A DNA stretch of 64,000 nucleotides from Bacteroidota bacterium (lineage in GTDB: Bacteria > Bacteroidota > Ignavibacteria > UBA10030 > UBA8401): the NCBI GenBank assembly GCA_035505655.1, contig DATJQP010000085.1, forward strand, positions 6,395 to 70,394. Reading direction: 5' to 3'. Positions 49,430-59,003 of this stretch are shown piece after piece. A model generated the notes under the pieces. The model was not told where the DNA came from and did no database searches. It saw only the letters and a program-made list of their open reading frames with translations. The position numbers and the translations under genes were made by a program. Within the stretch, counting starts at the first letter, position 1, and each line of letters starts with the position of its first letter.

Positions 49430-50836
49430 ATGAAGAAGGAATTTGCTCACAAGAACTTTCTCCTGGGCTCGAAGCGCGCCGAGACCTTGTATCACGATTA
49501 TGCCGAATCGCTGCCGATCATCGACTATCATAACCATCTTCCCGCCAAGGAAGTGGCGGAGAATCGCACCTTTGAAAACCTGACACAGGTCTGGCTCGCC
49601 GGTGATCACTATAAATGGAGGGCGATGAGAACTTGCGGTGTCGATGAGCGGTATATTACTGGCGCTGCCGACGATTGGGAAAAATTCGCGAAGTGGGCGG
49701 AGACCGTCCCGAAGACGCTGAGGAATCCCCTCTATCATTGGACGCACCTTGAGTTGAAGAACCCGTTTGGCATTACCGACCGGCTCCTTAACCCTGCGAC
49801 CGCGAAAGGGATCTGGGAGGAATGCAACGCGCTTCTGCGGTTGCCTCAGTACGCCGCACGCGGTATCCTTGAAAAGATGAATGTGGAGGTCATCTGCACC
49901 ACTGACGACCCCGTCGACACGCTCGAATATCATACCGCCCTCGCTAATTCCGCCTCACGGGTCCGGATGTACCCGGCTTTCCGGCCCGATAAGGCCATTG
50001 CCGTCGAGAATCCGGAGGCATTCGTCCGATACGTCAAGACGCTGGCCCAAGCTTCAGACGTCCACATCACAACGTTTGACCGTTACCTCGAAGCCCTCCA
50101 TCGGCGGGCACAGTATTTCGCCGAGCATGGATGCAGGGTTTCCGACCACGCGCTGGTGACGATGGTGGCCGAAGAGTACACGGCGGCGAAGGTAAGGACG
50201 ATTTTTGCGAAGCTCCTCCGGAAGAAGGAAGTGAGCGCCGAGGAGGCTGCCGTTTTCAAGTCTGCGATGATGCATGAGCTCGCGACCATCAACTGGGAAC
50301 ACAAGTGGGTTCAGCAGTTTCACGTGGGCGCGCTGCGAAACGTCAACACCCGGATGCTTCAACTCCTGGGACCGGATACCGGTTACGATTCGATAGGGGA
50401 TGAACCGGTTGCCCGTCCGATGGCGAAGTTTCTTGACGGCCTCGAACGGAAGCAGAAGCTTACGAAGACAATCCTCTACAACCTCAATCCACGCGACAAC
50501 GAGCTCTACGCGACGATGATCGGCAATTTCCAGGACGGGGTCGCGCCGGGAAAGATGCAGTATGGCGCCGCATGGTGGTTCCTCGACCAAAGGGATGGGA
50601 TGACAAAGCAGCTCGAGGCACTTTCAAGCATGGGACTCCTCGGTCAGTTTGTGGGCATGCTCACCGATTCGCGAAGCTTCCTTTCATTTCCCCGGCATGA
50701 ATACTTCCGCCGCCTCATCTGCAACATTCTCGGGAACGAAATGGAACAGGGCATCCTCCCGGACGACATTGAGCTCGTCGGGGGTTTGGTGAAAGATGTT
50801 TGCTACTACAATGCGAAGAGATATTTTGAATTCTGA
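49430..50836 (+). CDS. uxaC: Uronate (glucuronate/galacturonate) isomerase.
   Basis: Close match to UxaC along the whole length: 'FLLGSKRAETLYHDYAESLPIIDYHNHLPAKEVAENRTFENLTQVWLAGDHYKWRAMRTCGV...'. 468 aa. Confidence 0.92.
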   Translation: MKKEFAHKNFLLGSKRAETLYHDYAESLPIIDYHNHLPAKEVAENRTFENLTQVWLAGDHYKWRAMRTCGVDERYITGAADDWEKFAKWAETVPKTLRNPLYHWTHLELKNPFGITDRLLNPATAKGIWEECNALLRLPQYAARGILEKMNVEVICTTDDPVDTLEYHTALANSASRVRMYPAFRPDKAIAVENPEAFVRYVKTLAQASDVHITTFDRYLEALHRRAQYFAEHGCRVSDHALVTMVAEEYTAAKVRTIFAKLLRKKEVSAEEAAVFKSAMMHELATINWEHKWVQQFHVGALRNVNTRMLQLLGPDTGYDSIGDEPVARPMAKFLDGLERKQKLTKTILYNLNPRDNELYATMIGNFQDGVAPGKMQYGAAWWFLDQRDGMTKQLEALSSMGLLGQFVGMLTDSRSFLSFPRHEYFRRLICNILGNEMEQGILPDDIELVGGLVKDVCYYNAKRYFEF

Positions 50837-50897
50837 CCCGATGTTCAGTGCGAGCAGCTCTCGTTCAATCGTAACACCTTCTCGGCAATCTGCTGGC

Positions 50898-50931
50898 ACG
50901 GAATCTGTCGAGCAGAGAAGTCCGTTTTTTC
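50898..50931 (+). terminator. Weak intrinsic-terminator-like element after uxaC: ACGGA-N18-TCCGT followed by T6.
   Basis: Stem 50898-50902 / 50921-50925, then TTTTTT 50925-50930. Confidence 0.3.
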
Positions 50932-51003
50932 GTACCTTACAGGTTCGCCGCTCATTTCACATGACCTCGTGAGCGGCCAAAAAGAAGAAAGCTTGAGATA
51001 ACA

Positions 51004-51837
51004 ATGGAAGTCAGATACGCCCCCAACGATGAATCATACCAGCGGATGACGACGGCGGAGCTTCGCCGGGCGTTTGTCATCGATACTCTTTTCACCCCCG
51101 ATCGTGTGACGATGGTCTACTCGGATGTCGACCGAGTCATCGTCGGTTCGGCGGTTCCGACCGGGAAGCCATTGCTTCTCGAAGCATCCAGAAAAGAGAT
51201 GGCAGCCGACTTTTTCGCGGAGCGTCGCGAAGTCGGCATCATCAACATCGGAGAGGCGGGAAGCGTAAGCGTGGACGGGACAAAGTACGCCATGGCGTTC
51301 AAGGACGTTCTCTACGTCGGGAGGGGGGCGAAAAAGATCGAATGTGCCAGTGCCTCAAAGAAAGCTCCTGCGACCTTCTATTTTGTCTCGTACCCGTCTC
51401 ATGCATCTCATCCCGTGACTCACGCCTCGTTCGACCGGGCGCTGAAATCTCCCCTCGGCTCCTCTCACAACGCCAACGAGAGGACGATCTGCAAGTACAT
51501 TCACTCCGAAGGGATCAAAAGCAGCCAACTTGTCATGGGGCTCACAGAGTTGAAAGAGGGATCGGTCTGGAATACGATGCCGAGCCACACCCATCAGCGG
51601 CGGATGGAAGTCTATCTCTACATCGGCCTCGACGAAGATTCAATCGTCGTCCACCTTATGGGGAAACCGACCGAGACGCGGTCACTTGTCCTCAGGAACC
51701 GGCAAGCGGTGATCTCCCCCCCATGGTCGATTCATTCCGCCGCGGGAACAAGGAACTACACCTTCATCTGGGCGATGGGGGGAGAAAATCAGGAGTTTGG
51801 GGATATGGACCCGGTCTCAATGAAGGAACTCCTCTGA
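51004..51837 (+). CDS. kduI: 5-dehydro-4-deoxy-D-glucuronate isomerase.
   Basis: 'MEVRYAPNDESYQRMTTAELRRAFVIDTLFTPDRVTMVYSDVDRVIVGSAVP' parallels the KduI N-terminus. Cupin motifs are present. 277 aa. Confidence 0.9.
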   Translation: MEVRYAPNDESYQRMTTAELRRAFVIDTLFTPDRVTMVYSDVDRVIVGSAVPTGKPLLLEASRKEMAADFFAERREVGIINIGEAGSVSVDGTKYAMAFKDVLYVGRGAKKIECASASKKAPATFYFVSYPSHASHPVTHASFDRALKSPLGSSHNANERTICKYIHSEGIKSSQLVMGLTELKEGSVWNTMPSHTHQRRMEVYLYIGLDEDSIVVHLMGKPTETRSLVLRNRQAVISPPWSIHSAAGTRNYTFIWAMGGENQEFGDMDPVSMKELL

Positions 51838-51889
51838 CACGCCAAGGCCGGATTTTCGTTCTCTCTACCATCGAAACGAGACAGACACT

Positions 51890-53173
51890 ATGACCACAGA
51901 GACAACCGCCGCGGGACCCATATCCGGAAAAGTGGGTAACTACCGATGGACGATCTGTGCCCTCCTCTTTCTGGCTACGACCATCAACTACCTCGATCGG
52001 TCCGTCCTCGGAATTCTGGCGCCGACCCTCCAGAAGGAAATAGGGTGGACGCCGATTGAGTACGGCTACATCGGGACCGTGTTCACGGGAGCGTACGCGA
52101 TCGGTCTGGTGCTCTTCGGCCGTTTCGTGGACCGCTATGGGACAAAGCTCGGATATATTGTCTCGCTGACAGGCTGGAGCATCGCCGCGATGGGGCACGC
52201 ACTGGCCGCAAGCGTTGTGGGATTTGCGGTTGCGAGGGGATTCCTCGGCCTCAGCGAGGCCGGCAATTTTCCCACAGCGATCAAGGCAGTGGCGGAGTGG
52301 TTCCCGAAAAAGGAGCGCGCCCTCGCCACCGGAATCTTCAACTCGGGGGCGAATATCGGGGCAGTGGTCGCACCCGCGGTCGTTCCCTGGTTGACCCTGA
52401 CATACGGCTGGCAGTCCGCGTTCATTGCGACAGGAGCGATCGGTTTGTTGTGGTTGTTTCTCTGGTCGGCATTATATGAACTGCCGGAGAACTCTAAGAA
52501 GGTTTCACCGGCAGAACTCGCCCACATCCTCAGCGACCCCGACACTTCGACACCCGTCAAAGTTCCCTGGCTGGTACTGCTTCGCTACCGGCAGACGTGG
52601 GCGTTTGTGATCGGGAAGTTCCTGACCGATCCGGTCTGGTGGTTCTATATTTACTGGCTCGGCCTCTTCCTCAACAACAATTTCGGCGTAAGCCTGGGCC
52701 AGATCGGCGCCCCACTTATCGTTATCTACACCATAACGAGCATCGGAAGCATCGGCGGCGGCTACCTCTCAGGGGCGCTGATCAATCGGGGCATGCCGGT
52801 CGACCGGGCGAGACGGATAACGATGCTAGTCTTCGCGATTCTGGTCGTCCCGGTGGTCACAGCAGGGGGGATCGGAAATATGTGGATGGCCGTGGGGATC
52901 ATCGGGCTGGCGACCGCCGCGCATCAAGGTTGGTCGGCGAACATCTTCACGATCGTCTCCGATATGTTCCCAAAGAAAGTAGTCGGATCGGTGACGGGGC
53001 TCGGAGCGTTTGCGGGCGCGCTGGGAGGGATGATCTTCCTGGCGCTGGCAGGTTACATTGTCGAGGCGACCGGCTCCTATATTATGCTCTTCGCCATTTG
53101 CGGGTCGGCGTACCTCATTGCGTTGGCTCTCATGACGCTCCTCACCGCAAAAGCAAAACCGGTGAATTTGTAG
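51890..53173 (+). CDS. exuT: MFS transporter, hexuronate transporter ExuT-like.
   Basis: 12 predicted transmembrane segments. 'NYRWTICALLFLATTINYLDRSVLGILAPTLQKEIGWTPIEYGYI...GRFVDRYGTKLGYIVSL...AEWFPKKERALATGIFNSGANIGAVVAP' resembles ExuT/ACS-family MFS transporters. Confidence 0.8.
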   Translation: MTTETTAAGPISGKVGNYRWTICALLFLATTINYLDRSVLGILAPTLQKEIGWTPIEYGYIGTVFTGAYAIGLVLFGRFVDRYGTKLGYIVSLTGWSIAAMGHALAASVVGFAVARGFLGLSEAGNFPTAIKAVAEWFPKKERALATGIFNSGANIGAVVAPAVVPWLTLTYGWQSAFIATGAIGLLWLFLWSALYELPENSKKVSPAELAHILSDPDTSTPVKVPWLVLLRYRQTWAFVIGKFLTDPVWWFYIYWLGLFLNNNFGVSLGQIGAPLIVIYTITSIGSIGGGYLSGALINRGMPVDRARRITMLVFAILVVPVVTAGGIGNMWMAVGIIGLATAAHQGWSANIFTIVSDMFPKKVVGSVTGLGAFAGALGGMIFLALAGYIVEATGSYIMLFAICGSAYLIALALMTLLTAKAKPVNL

Positions 53174-53222
53174 CGGAAAGATTTCGAAGAACCACGACAG
53201 ACCCAGAACGGAAGAAGATACA

Positions 53223-54005
53223 ATGTCATACATCGAAAACCTCTTTGGACTAAAAGGAAAAGTGGCCGTTGTGATCGGCGGAAGCGGCGTCCTCGGCGGG
53301 AGCATGGCTCGTGCTCTTGCGGATGCGGGGGCGAAGGTTGCCGTCGGCTACCATCACAATTCCGCGGGCGCGGCGAATGTCGTTGAAGCAATAGCGGCGT
53401 CTGGAGGTATCGGGAAGGAGGTCCATGTGGACACGTCGTCGTCTTCCGCCGTCGAACAGGGTAAAGACGAGATTGTTTCCCTCTGGGGAAAGGTCGATAT
53501 CGTCGTCAACGCTCCGGGGGTCAATTCCCCCACTCCTGTCTTTGACATCCCCGACGAAGAGTGGGATCGAATCCTTGACACCAACCTCAAAGGCGTCTTC
53601 TCATCCTGCCGCGTTTTTGCGAAGCAGATGATCGCCCAGAAGAGCGGCGGGAGCATCATCAACATCTCTTCCGTCTCCTCGGAGCTGCCGCTTTCGAAGG
53701 TCTTCACTTATTCAATTTCCAAGGCGGGCGTCAACAATATGACCCGTTTCCTTGCGAAAGAGTGGGCTCCCCAGAACATCAGGGTCAACGCGATCATGCC
53801 CGGCTTCTTTCCCGCCGAGCAGAACAGGAAAATTCTCACCGAGGAGCGACGAAAATCGATCTTCGCCCATACTCCCATGGGACGCTACGGCGAACCGCAG
53901 GAGCTTTCGGGGGCGCTGCTTTGGCTCGCCTCGGATCGTGCCTCGTCCTTCGTCACCGGGGCAGTCGTCGCCGTGGACGGCGGATTCACCTCGATGACAA
54001 TATGA
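53223..54005 (+). CDS. SDR-family oxidoreductase, a candidate fructuronate/tagaturonate reductase (short-chain-type UxuB/UxaB analogue). The substrate is not determinable from sequence.
   Basis: Rossmann motif 'GKVAVVIGGSGVLGGSMARALADAGAKV', 'NAPG', and catalytic 'SSVSS...YSISKAGVNNMTRFLAKEW' (S-Y-K). It is distinct from the kduD ortholog at 61629. Confidence 0.7.
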   Translation: MSYIENLFGLKGKVAVVIGGSGVLGGSMARALADAGAKVAVGYHHNSAGAANVVEAIAASGGIGKEVHVDTSSSSAVEQGKDEIVSLWGKVDIVVNAPGVNSPTPVFDIPDEEWDRILDTNLKGVFSSCRVFAKQMIAQKSGGSIINISSVSSELPLSKVFTYSISKAGVNNMTRFLAKEWAPQNIRVNAIMPGFFPAEQNRKILTEERRKSIFAHTPMGRYGEPQELSGALLWLASDRASSFVTGAVVAVDGGFTSMTI

Positions 54006-54063
54006 TGCGGCTATATTGCGAGTGACCCGGCAAAGGAAGTAAAGAACGGATGGTAGAATCGTA

Positions 54064-55224
54064 ATGCGTGTCGTTGTCGACAAGAAGAATCCCCTGGTGG
54101 CCGAAGCCTTTCGCCAGTTTGGAGAAGTCCGTGAATGCGCCACGCGCGATATCACTCGTGAGACGGTGCAGGATGCCGACATCATCATCATCCGGTCGGA
54201 GACAAAGGTCACGAAAGAGCTTCTCGACGGAACTTCGGTAAAGTTCGTCGGGACCGCGACGATTGGCACCGACCACGTGGACCTCGAGTATCTCCAGTCT
54301 CATGGTATCGGCTTCGCAAGCGCGCCGGGGTCGAACGCCAACTCGGTGGCGGAGTACATTGTTTCGGCGATTCTTACGCTCACCTGCCGCAAGGGCCTCC
54401 GGCTTTCCGACCTGACACTCGGTGTTGTCGGTGTGGGCAACGTGGGGAGCAAGGTTGTCCGGAATGCAAGAGCGCTTGGAATGAAGGTATTACAGAATGA
54501 CCCTCCGCTCGCGCGCACTACCGGAGATTCCGGGTTTCTTCCCCTTGAGAGACTTCTCGATGCCGACATCCTCACGCTCCACGTTCCGCTGACAAAGAAG
54601 GGAACCGACCCGACGTATCACCTCATCGGGCGTGAGTTCCTCTCGAAGTTGAAGAGCACCGCCGTCGTCATCAACACCTCCCGCGGACCGGTCGTCGATG
54701 GAGCCGCATTGAAGGAGGCGCTTGGCGAACGGCGTCTCGGTGGTGCAGTCCTCGACGTGTGGGAAGGGGAGCCGGTGATTGACGCCGAACTCCTTGCGAA
54801 GGTTGACATCGGCACGCCTCATATCGCCGGATACTCGTACGACGGCAAGCTCGCTGCGGTGAGGATGACATACGAAGCTGCATGCGGACATTTCGGACAG
54901 AAGAAGTCGTGGACTCCCGGAAGTTCCCAGCCCGCCCCCGCAGTCGGACGGATCAGTCTCCGGAGGGAAGAACGATCGACGGAGGAGACGCTCAAGAGTG
55001 TCGTCGCCCGGTGTTACGATATCCTCCGCGACGACGCCGGCTTGCGCCCGCTCATCCAAACGCCGGCTGAAGAGCGCCGCACATTCTTTGCGCGGCTCCG
55101 TTCGGAGTACGGCATACGACGGGAATTCCATAACACGGTTGTGGAACTCCCGATTGCGATGGAAGTCCTGGGTGAACAGCTTCGCGTGATAGGTTTCCAA
55201 ATAGCATGGAAGGATGGAGAGTAG
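54064..55224 (+). CDS. D-isomer-specific 2-hydroxyacid dehydrogenase, PdxB-like (erythronate-4-phosphate dehydrogenase family).
   Basis: N-terminus 'MRVVVDKKNPLVAEAFRQFGEVRECATRDITRETVQDADIIIIRSETKVTKELLDGTSVKFVGTATIGTDHVDLEYLQSHGIGFASAPGSNANSVAEY' is co-linear with E. coli PdxB ('MKILVDENMPYA...GEV...VRSVTKV...LL.G..IKFVGTATAGTDHVD...GIGFSAAPGCNA'). NAD motif 'GVVGVGNVGSKV'. It has a C-terminal extension typical of PdxB. Confidence 0.7.
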   Translation: MRVVVDKKNPLVAEAFRQFGEVRECATRDITRETVQDADIIIIRSETKVTKELLDGTSVKFVGTATIGTDHVDLEYLQSHGIGFASAPGSNANSVAEYIVSAILTLTCRKGLRLSDLTLGVVGVGNVGSKVVRNARALGMKVLQNDPPLARTTGDSGFLPLERLLDADILTLHVPLTKKGTDPTYHLIGREFLSKLKSTAVVINTSRGPVVDGAALKEALGERRLGGAVLDVWEGEPVIDAELLAKVDIGTPHIAGYSYDGKLAAVRMTYEAACGHFGQKKSWTPGSSQPAPAVGRISLRREERSTEETLKSVVARCYDILRDDAGLRPLIQTPAEERRTFFARLRSEYGIRREFHNTVVELPIAMEVLGEQLRVIGFQIAWKDGE

Positions 55225-55229
55225 GGAGC

Positions 55230-56477
55230 ATGGTCATCGGCAACGGAGCAATTTCGCGCGAAAGAACGGAAGAAGAGGTCTATGCGTTGAGCGAACGGGC
55301 ATTGGCGCAACTCCCGCTCGCGGGAAAACGGGTTCTTGTCATCATACCTGATACGACTCGCCATGCCGAGTTGCCCCTCTTCTTCAAGACGCTGGCCCGT
55401 ATCCTCGGCGGGAAAGTAGCGGCCCTCGATTATCTCGTCGCGACCGGCACTCACCACCCCCTTGGCATCGATGTCCTGTTGAAGCACGTGGGGATCACGG
55501 AGGAAGAGTACAAATCCCGACACACCCGAACGAAGTTCTTCAATCACCTCCACACGGACCGGAGCCAGCTCCGCACGATCGGCAGGATCCCGGCACGGGA
55601 GATTTCTGAGATCTCGCAGGGACTCTACGCCGAAGACGTCGATGTAACGATCAACAAACTCATCTTCGAGTACGACCAGCTAATCCTCGTGAGCCCGGTC
55701 GTCCCCCACGAAACGGTCGGCTTCGCGGGCGGGAACAAGTATTTCTTCCCCGGAATCGGCGGCGAAGAGATCATCCAGACATTTCACTGGATCGGCGCTT
55801 TGCTCACCAACCCGGTGGTCAACGGCGTGAAGGATACCCTCGTGAGGCGGGTGATCAACAGAGGGGCCACCTTCATCACCGTCCCAAGGATCTGCTTTGC
55901 GTTTGTCGTTGACGACCACAAAGTCTCATCCCTCTACATCGGATCTCCGGAAGAGGCGTGGGAGAAGGCGGCGGATGACTCTGCGAAAGTCCACATCAAA
56001 TACCTCGACCACCCGGTGAAGACCGTCCTGGGGATCGCGCCGTCGATCTACGAAGATATCTGGGTTGCCGGGAAGGTAATGTACAAGCACGAGCCAGTCA
56101 TCGCGGATGGCGGTGAGGTGATCATCTACGCGCCGCATATTGACGAGATTTCCTACTCGCACGGGAAGGAGATCCGCAAGGTCGGATACCACGTGCGCGA
56201 CTATTTCGTGCGCCAATGGAAGAAATTCGAGGGGACGTCGAGGCTCATCCTTGCCCATTCGACGAACGTACGGGGAATCGGGAGTTTTGAAAACGGAGTC
56301 GAGAAGCCGCGGATCAACGTAACGCTTGCAACGGCAATCCCGGAGTCCGAGTGCCGCGCGGTGAACCTCGGTTACCGCGACTACAGGACGATAGACATTG
56401 AGGAGTGGAAGTCACGGCAGAACGGTGATCTCCTCGTCGTCGAAAATGCCGGACAGCTTCTCTACCGTCTTCGTTGA
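55230..56477 (+). CDS. LarA-family (DUF2088) nickel-pincer-nucleotide-dependent alpha-hydroxyacid racemase/epimerase homolog.
   Basis: Key LarA motifs are conserved and co-linear with L. plantarum LarA: 'VLVIIPDTTRHAELP' (LarA 'IVIISSDHTRPVP'), 'YLVATGTHHP' (LarA 'ILVATGFHRP'), and 'HETVGFAGGNKYFFPGIG' (LarA 'ESHFFAGFSGGRKSVLPGIA', where K is the NPN-tethering Lys184). SD GGGAG upstream of the ATG at 55230; the upstream ATG at 55206 overlaps the previous gene. Confidence 0.75.
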   Translation: MVIGNGAISRERTEEEVYALSERALAQLPLAGKRVLVIIPDTTRHAELPLFFKTLARILGGKVAALDYLVATGTHHPLGIDVLLKHVGITEEEYKSRHTRTKFFNHLHTDRSQLRTIGRIPAREISEISQGLYAEDVDVTINKLIFEYDQLILVSPVVPHETVGFAGGNKYFFPGIGGEEIIQTFHWIGALLTNPVVNGVKDTLVRRVINRGATFITVPRICFAFVVDDHKVSSLYIGSPEEAWEKAADDSAKVHIKYLDHPVKTVLGIAPSIYEDIWVAGKVMYKHEPVIADGGEVIIYAPHIDEISYSHGKEIRKVGYHVRDYFVRQWKKFEGTSRLILAHSTNVRGIGSFENGVEKPRINVTLATAIPESECRAVNLGYRDYRTIDIEEWKSRQNGDLLVVENAGQLLYRLR

Positions 56478-56521
56478 AGCCCGTGCGCTGAGTTCTGAAA
56501 TCTCTCACGATCGAACAAACT

Positions 56522-57607
56522 ATGGCACTGAAATTCAAGACCGCTCAGGAAACTGAATTCGACCTTCTCGCCCTCGGTGAGTGCATGATCCGCCTCAGCC
56601 CTCCCGGCCATCAGCGCATCGAGCTGACTCCGGTGTTCGAGGCGTATGCCGGCGGAGGCGAGTACAATGTCGCCTATGCGCTCTCCCGGTACGGGATGAG
56701 GACAGCGTGGGTCTCACGGCTTGTCGACAATCCTCTCGGCGCATTCATCCGGAATCATGCCCGGGCGAGCGGCATGGACATCAGCGAGGTCGTACGGGTT
56801 CCGTATGACGGTTCCGGGCGTTCGGACAGGATCGGTCTCAACTTTACGGAGGTTGGCATCGGCGTCCGCGCGAGCGTGACAATGTACGACAGGGGGCATA
56901 CGGCAATCGCCCATATGACTCCTTCGGATGTCGATTGGAAGCGGCTCTTTTCCGAACGGAAGACTCGCTGGTTCCACACTGGCGGGATTTTTACGGCTCT
57001 CAGCGACGGTTGCGCCGAGGTGGCCTTCGAGTCGATGAAGGCTGCCCACGAAGCCGGGACGGTTGTCAGCTACGACCTTAACTTCCGGAGCAAGCTCTGG
57101 TCGAGCACAAAAGCCATCGAAGTGACGAAACGGCTTGTACCGTTCATCGACGTCCTCATCGGCAACGAAGAGGACTTTCAGAAGGTCCTCGGGTTTGAGG
57201 TTGAAGGGACGGACGATAAGCTCGTATCGCTCCCGATCGAAGGCTACAAGAAGATGGTGAAGCGGGTCGTCGAGACGTTCCCGAATGTCAAGGCGGTCGG
57301 TACGACGCTCCGGGAGGTCGTCAGCGGCCTCGTCAACAACTGGTCCGCAATCATGTATTACGACGGCGTCTTTTACGAGTCGAGGAAGTTCGCGAACCTT
57401 GAGATCGAAGACCGGGTAGGAGGCGGGGACGGTTTCTGCAGCGGCTTCGTCTACGGCCTCCTCCACGGGATGCCTCCGCAGGAGTGCGTTGAAATGGGGG
57501 CTGCCCATGGAGCGCTCCTTCAAAGCACGCGCGGAGATACGAGCATGGTTACGATGGAGGAGATCCGCCACGTCATGAAAGGCGGCAGTGCGAGGATCAA
57601 ACGATAG
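56522..57607 (+). CDS. kdgK: PfkB-family sugar-acid kinase, probable 2-dehydro-3-deoxygluconokinase.
   Basis: Ribokinase-like fold. 'GGGEYNVAYALSRYG', di-Gly switch, and C-terminal 'DRVGGGDGFCSGFVYGLL' anion-hole/ATP motif. Located in the KDG operon context. Confidence 0.75.
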   Translation: MALKFKTAQETEFDLLALGECMIRLSPPGHQRIELTPVFEAYAGGGEYNVAYALSRYGMRTAWVSRLVDNPLGAFIRNHARASGMDISEVVRVPYDGSGRSDRIGLNFTEVGIGVRASVTMYDRGHTAIAHMTPSDVDWKRLFSERKTRWFHTGGIFTALSDGCAEVAFESMKAAHEAGTVVSYDLNFRSKLWSSTKAIEVTKRLVPFIDVLIGNEEDFQKVLGFEVEGTDDKLVSLPIEGYKKMVKRVVETFPNVKAVGTTLREVVSGLVNNWSAIMYYDGVFYESRKFANLEIEDRVGGGDGFCSGFVYGLLHGMPPQECVEMGAAHGALLQSTRGDTSMVTMEEIRHVMKGGSARIKR

Positions 57608-57697
57608 GATCCTCCTCGAACGACCCGGAGGGCAATGGATAGCGCCGAGCCCGGGATGTGTTGAAAGGGCTATCCATTAACAGGAAGATAGGGTAGA

Positions 57698-58951
57698 ATG
57701 AAGATAGAAAAATACTCGATCGGTATTGGAGATCGGTTTGGTCACCAGGGTGTCGCTCAGCTCGATGCATTTGTCAAGGCGCGGAAACTCGGCGTCGATG
57801 TTGTCCCGGTGTGGAACAAATCCAACCGCGAGCACATTCTCATCGGGACCCAGGCTCGGGACACGAGGCACGAAGCGGACGGAGCAGTGAAAAAACTCGG
57901 CTGGAGCTCATTGTACTACGTCGATGCCGATCACATCGGACTCAAGACCGTTGACAGTTTCATCGAACCGAGCGACTATTTCACGCTCGACGTCGCCGAT
58001 TTCATCGGGATGGATCCGGACCCGGGGGACCTCTCGGAATTCGTGAAGTTCTGCGCGAAGTATGTCGGAACTCTCAGTATCCCGGGCGTTGCAGGAGGGA
58101 TCGAGGTGGGGAAGGAGACAATTTCCGCCGTGGGCCGAAAATACCTTACCGCGGCGAAAGAGGCGGGAAAGATCTACCGCCACATCGCTTCGGTGAAGGG
58201 AAAGGAAGGGTTTGTCACGGAGGTTTCGACGGACGAGACGAACACTCCGCAGACTCCTGTGGAGCTCCTCTTCGTCCTCGCCGCGCTTGCGATGGAAAAG
58301 GTGCCGCTCCAGACCGTGGCACCGAAGTTCACTGGGCAATTTCTCAAGGGGGTTGACTACGTCGGCGACCTTGGGCAGTTCGCGAAGGAGTTTGATGAGG
58401 ATCTCGCCGTCATCAGGTATGCCGTGGCCGAGTTCGGGCTTCCACAGACCCTGAAGATCAGCGTTCATTCGGGAAGCGACAAGTTCTCGATTTATCCGAT
58501 CATCCATAAATCGATGAAGAAACTGGATGCGGGCATTCATCTGAAGACGGCCGGTACCACCTGGCTCGAAGAAGTGATCGGTCTTGCGAAATCCGGCGGA
58601 GAAGGACTCCGGATCGCAAAGGAGATCTACGCCCAATCGTACCTCCGCATTGAAGAGCTCTCGAAGCCCTATCTCACCGTCATCGACATTCGTGAGACGG
58701 AGCTGCCGAAGCCCGCGGAAGTCAACAAGTGGGGAAGCGCCGAGTATGTCCGCGCCCTCAAACACGACCGGAACGATCTCCTCTACAACCGGTCGTTTCG
58801 TCAGCTCGTTCACATCGGCTTTAAGGTAGCGGCGGAGATGGGAGAGCGGTATCTCGAGGCTCTCGAGAAGTTTGCGCCGGCGATTGCCGAGGGGGTGACG
58901 GAAAACATCTATGAACGACACCTGCGACCGATATTCCTCGGAAGCGACTGA
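57698..58951 (+). CDS. GatZ/KbaZ-like TIM-barrel protein, a candidate tagaturonate/fructuronate epimerase (UxaE-like).
   Basis: 417 aa, no signal peptide. 'YYVDADHIGLKTVD' aligns with the GatZ 'LILGGDHLGPN' metal-binding region. Sits between two kdgK paralogs in the hexuronate operon. Assignment is by weak motif resemblance and context only. Confidence 0.4.
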   Translation: MKIEKYSIGIGDRFGHQGVAQLDAFVKARKLGVDVVPVWNKSNREHILIGTQARDTRHEADGAVKKLGWSSLYYVDADHIGLKTVDSFIEPSDYFTLDVADFIGMDPDPGDLSEFVKFCAKYVGTLSIPGVAGGIEVGKETISAVGRKYLTAAKEAGKIYRHIASVKGKEGFVTEVSTDETNTPQTPVELLFVLAALAMEKVPLQTVAPKFTGQFLKGVDYVGDLGQFAKEFDEDLAVIRYAVAEFGLPQTLKISVHSGSDKFSIYPIIHKSMKKLDAGIHLKTAGTTWLEEVIGLAKSGGEGLRIAKEIYAQSYLRIEELSKPYLTVIDIRETELPKPAEVNKWGSAEYVRALKHDRNDLLYNRSFRQLVHIGFKVAAEMGERYLEALEKFAPAIAEGVTENIYERHLRPIFLGSD

Positions 58952-59003
58952 TTCCGCGGGAGCCGGTTCGGGTTATCACACTGATTATGCGAAGGAGTAC
59001 TCG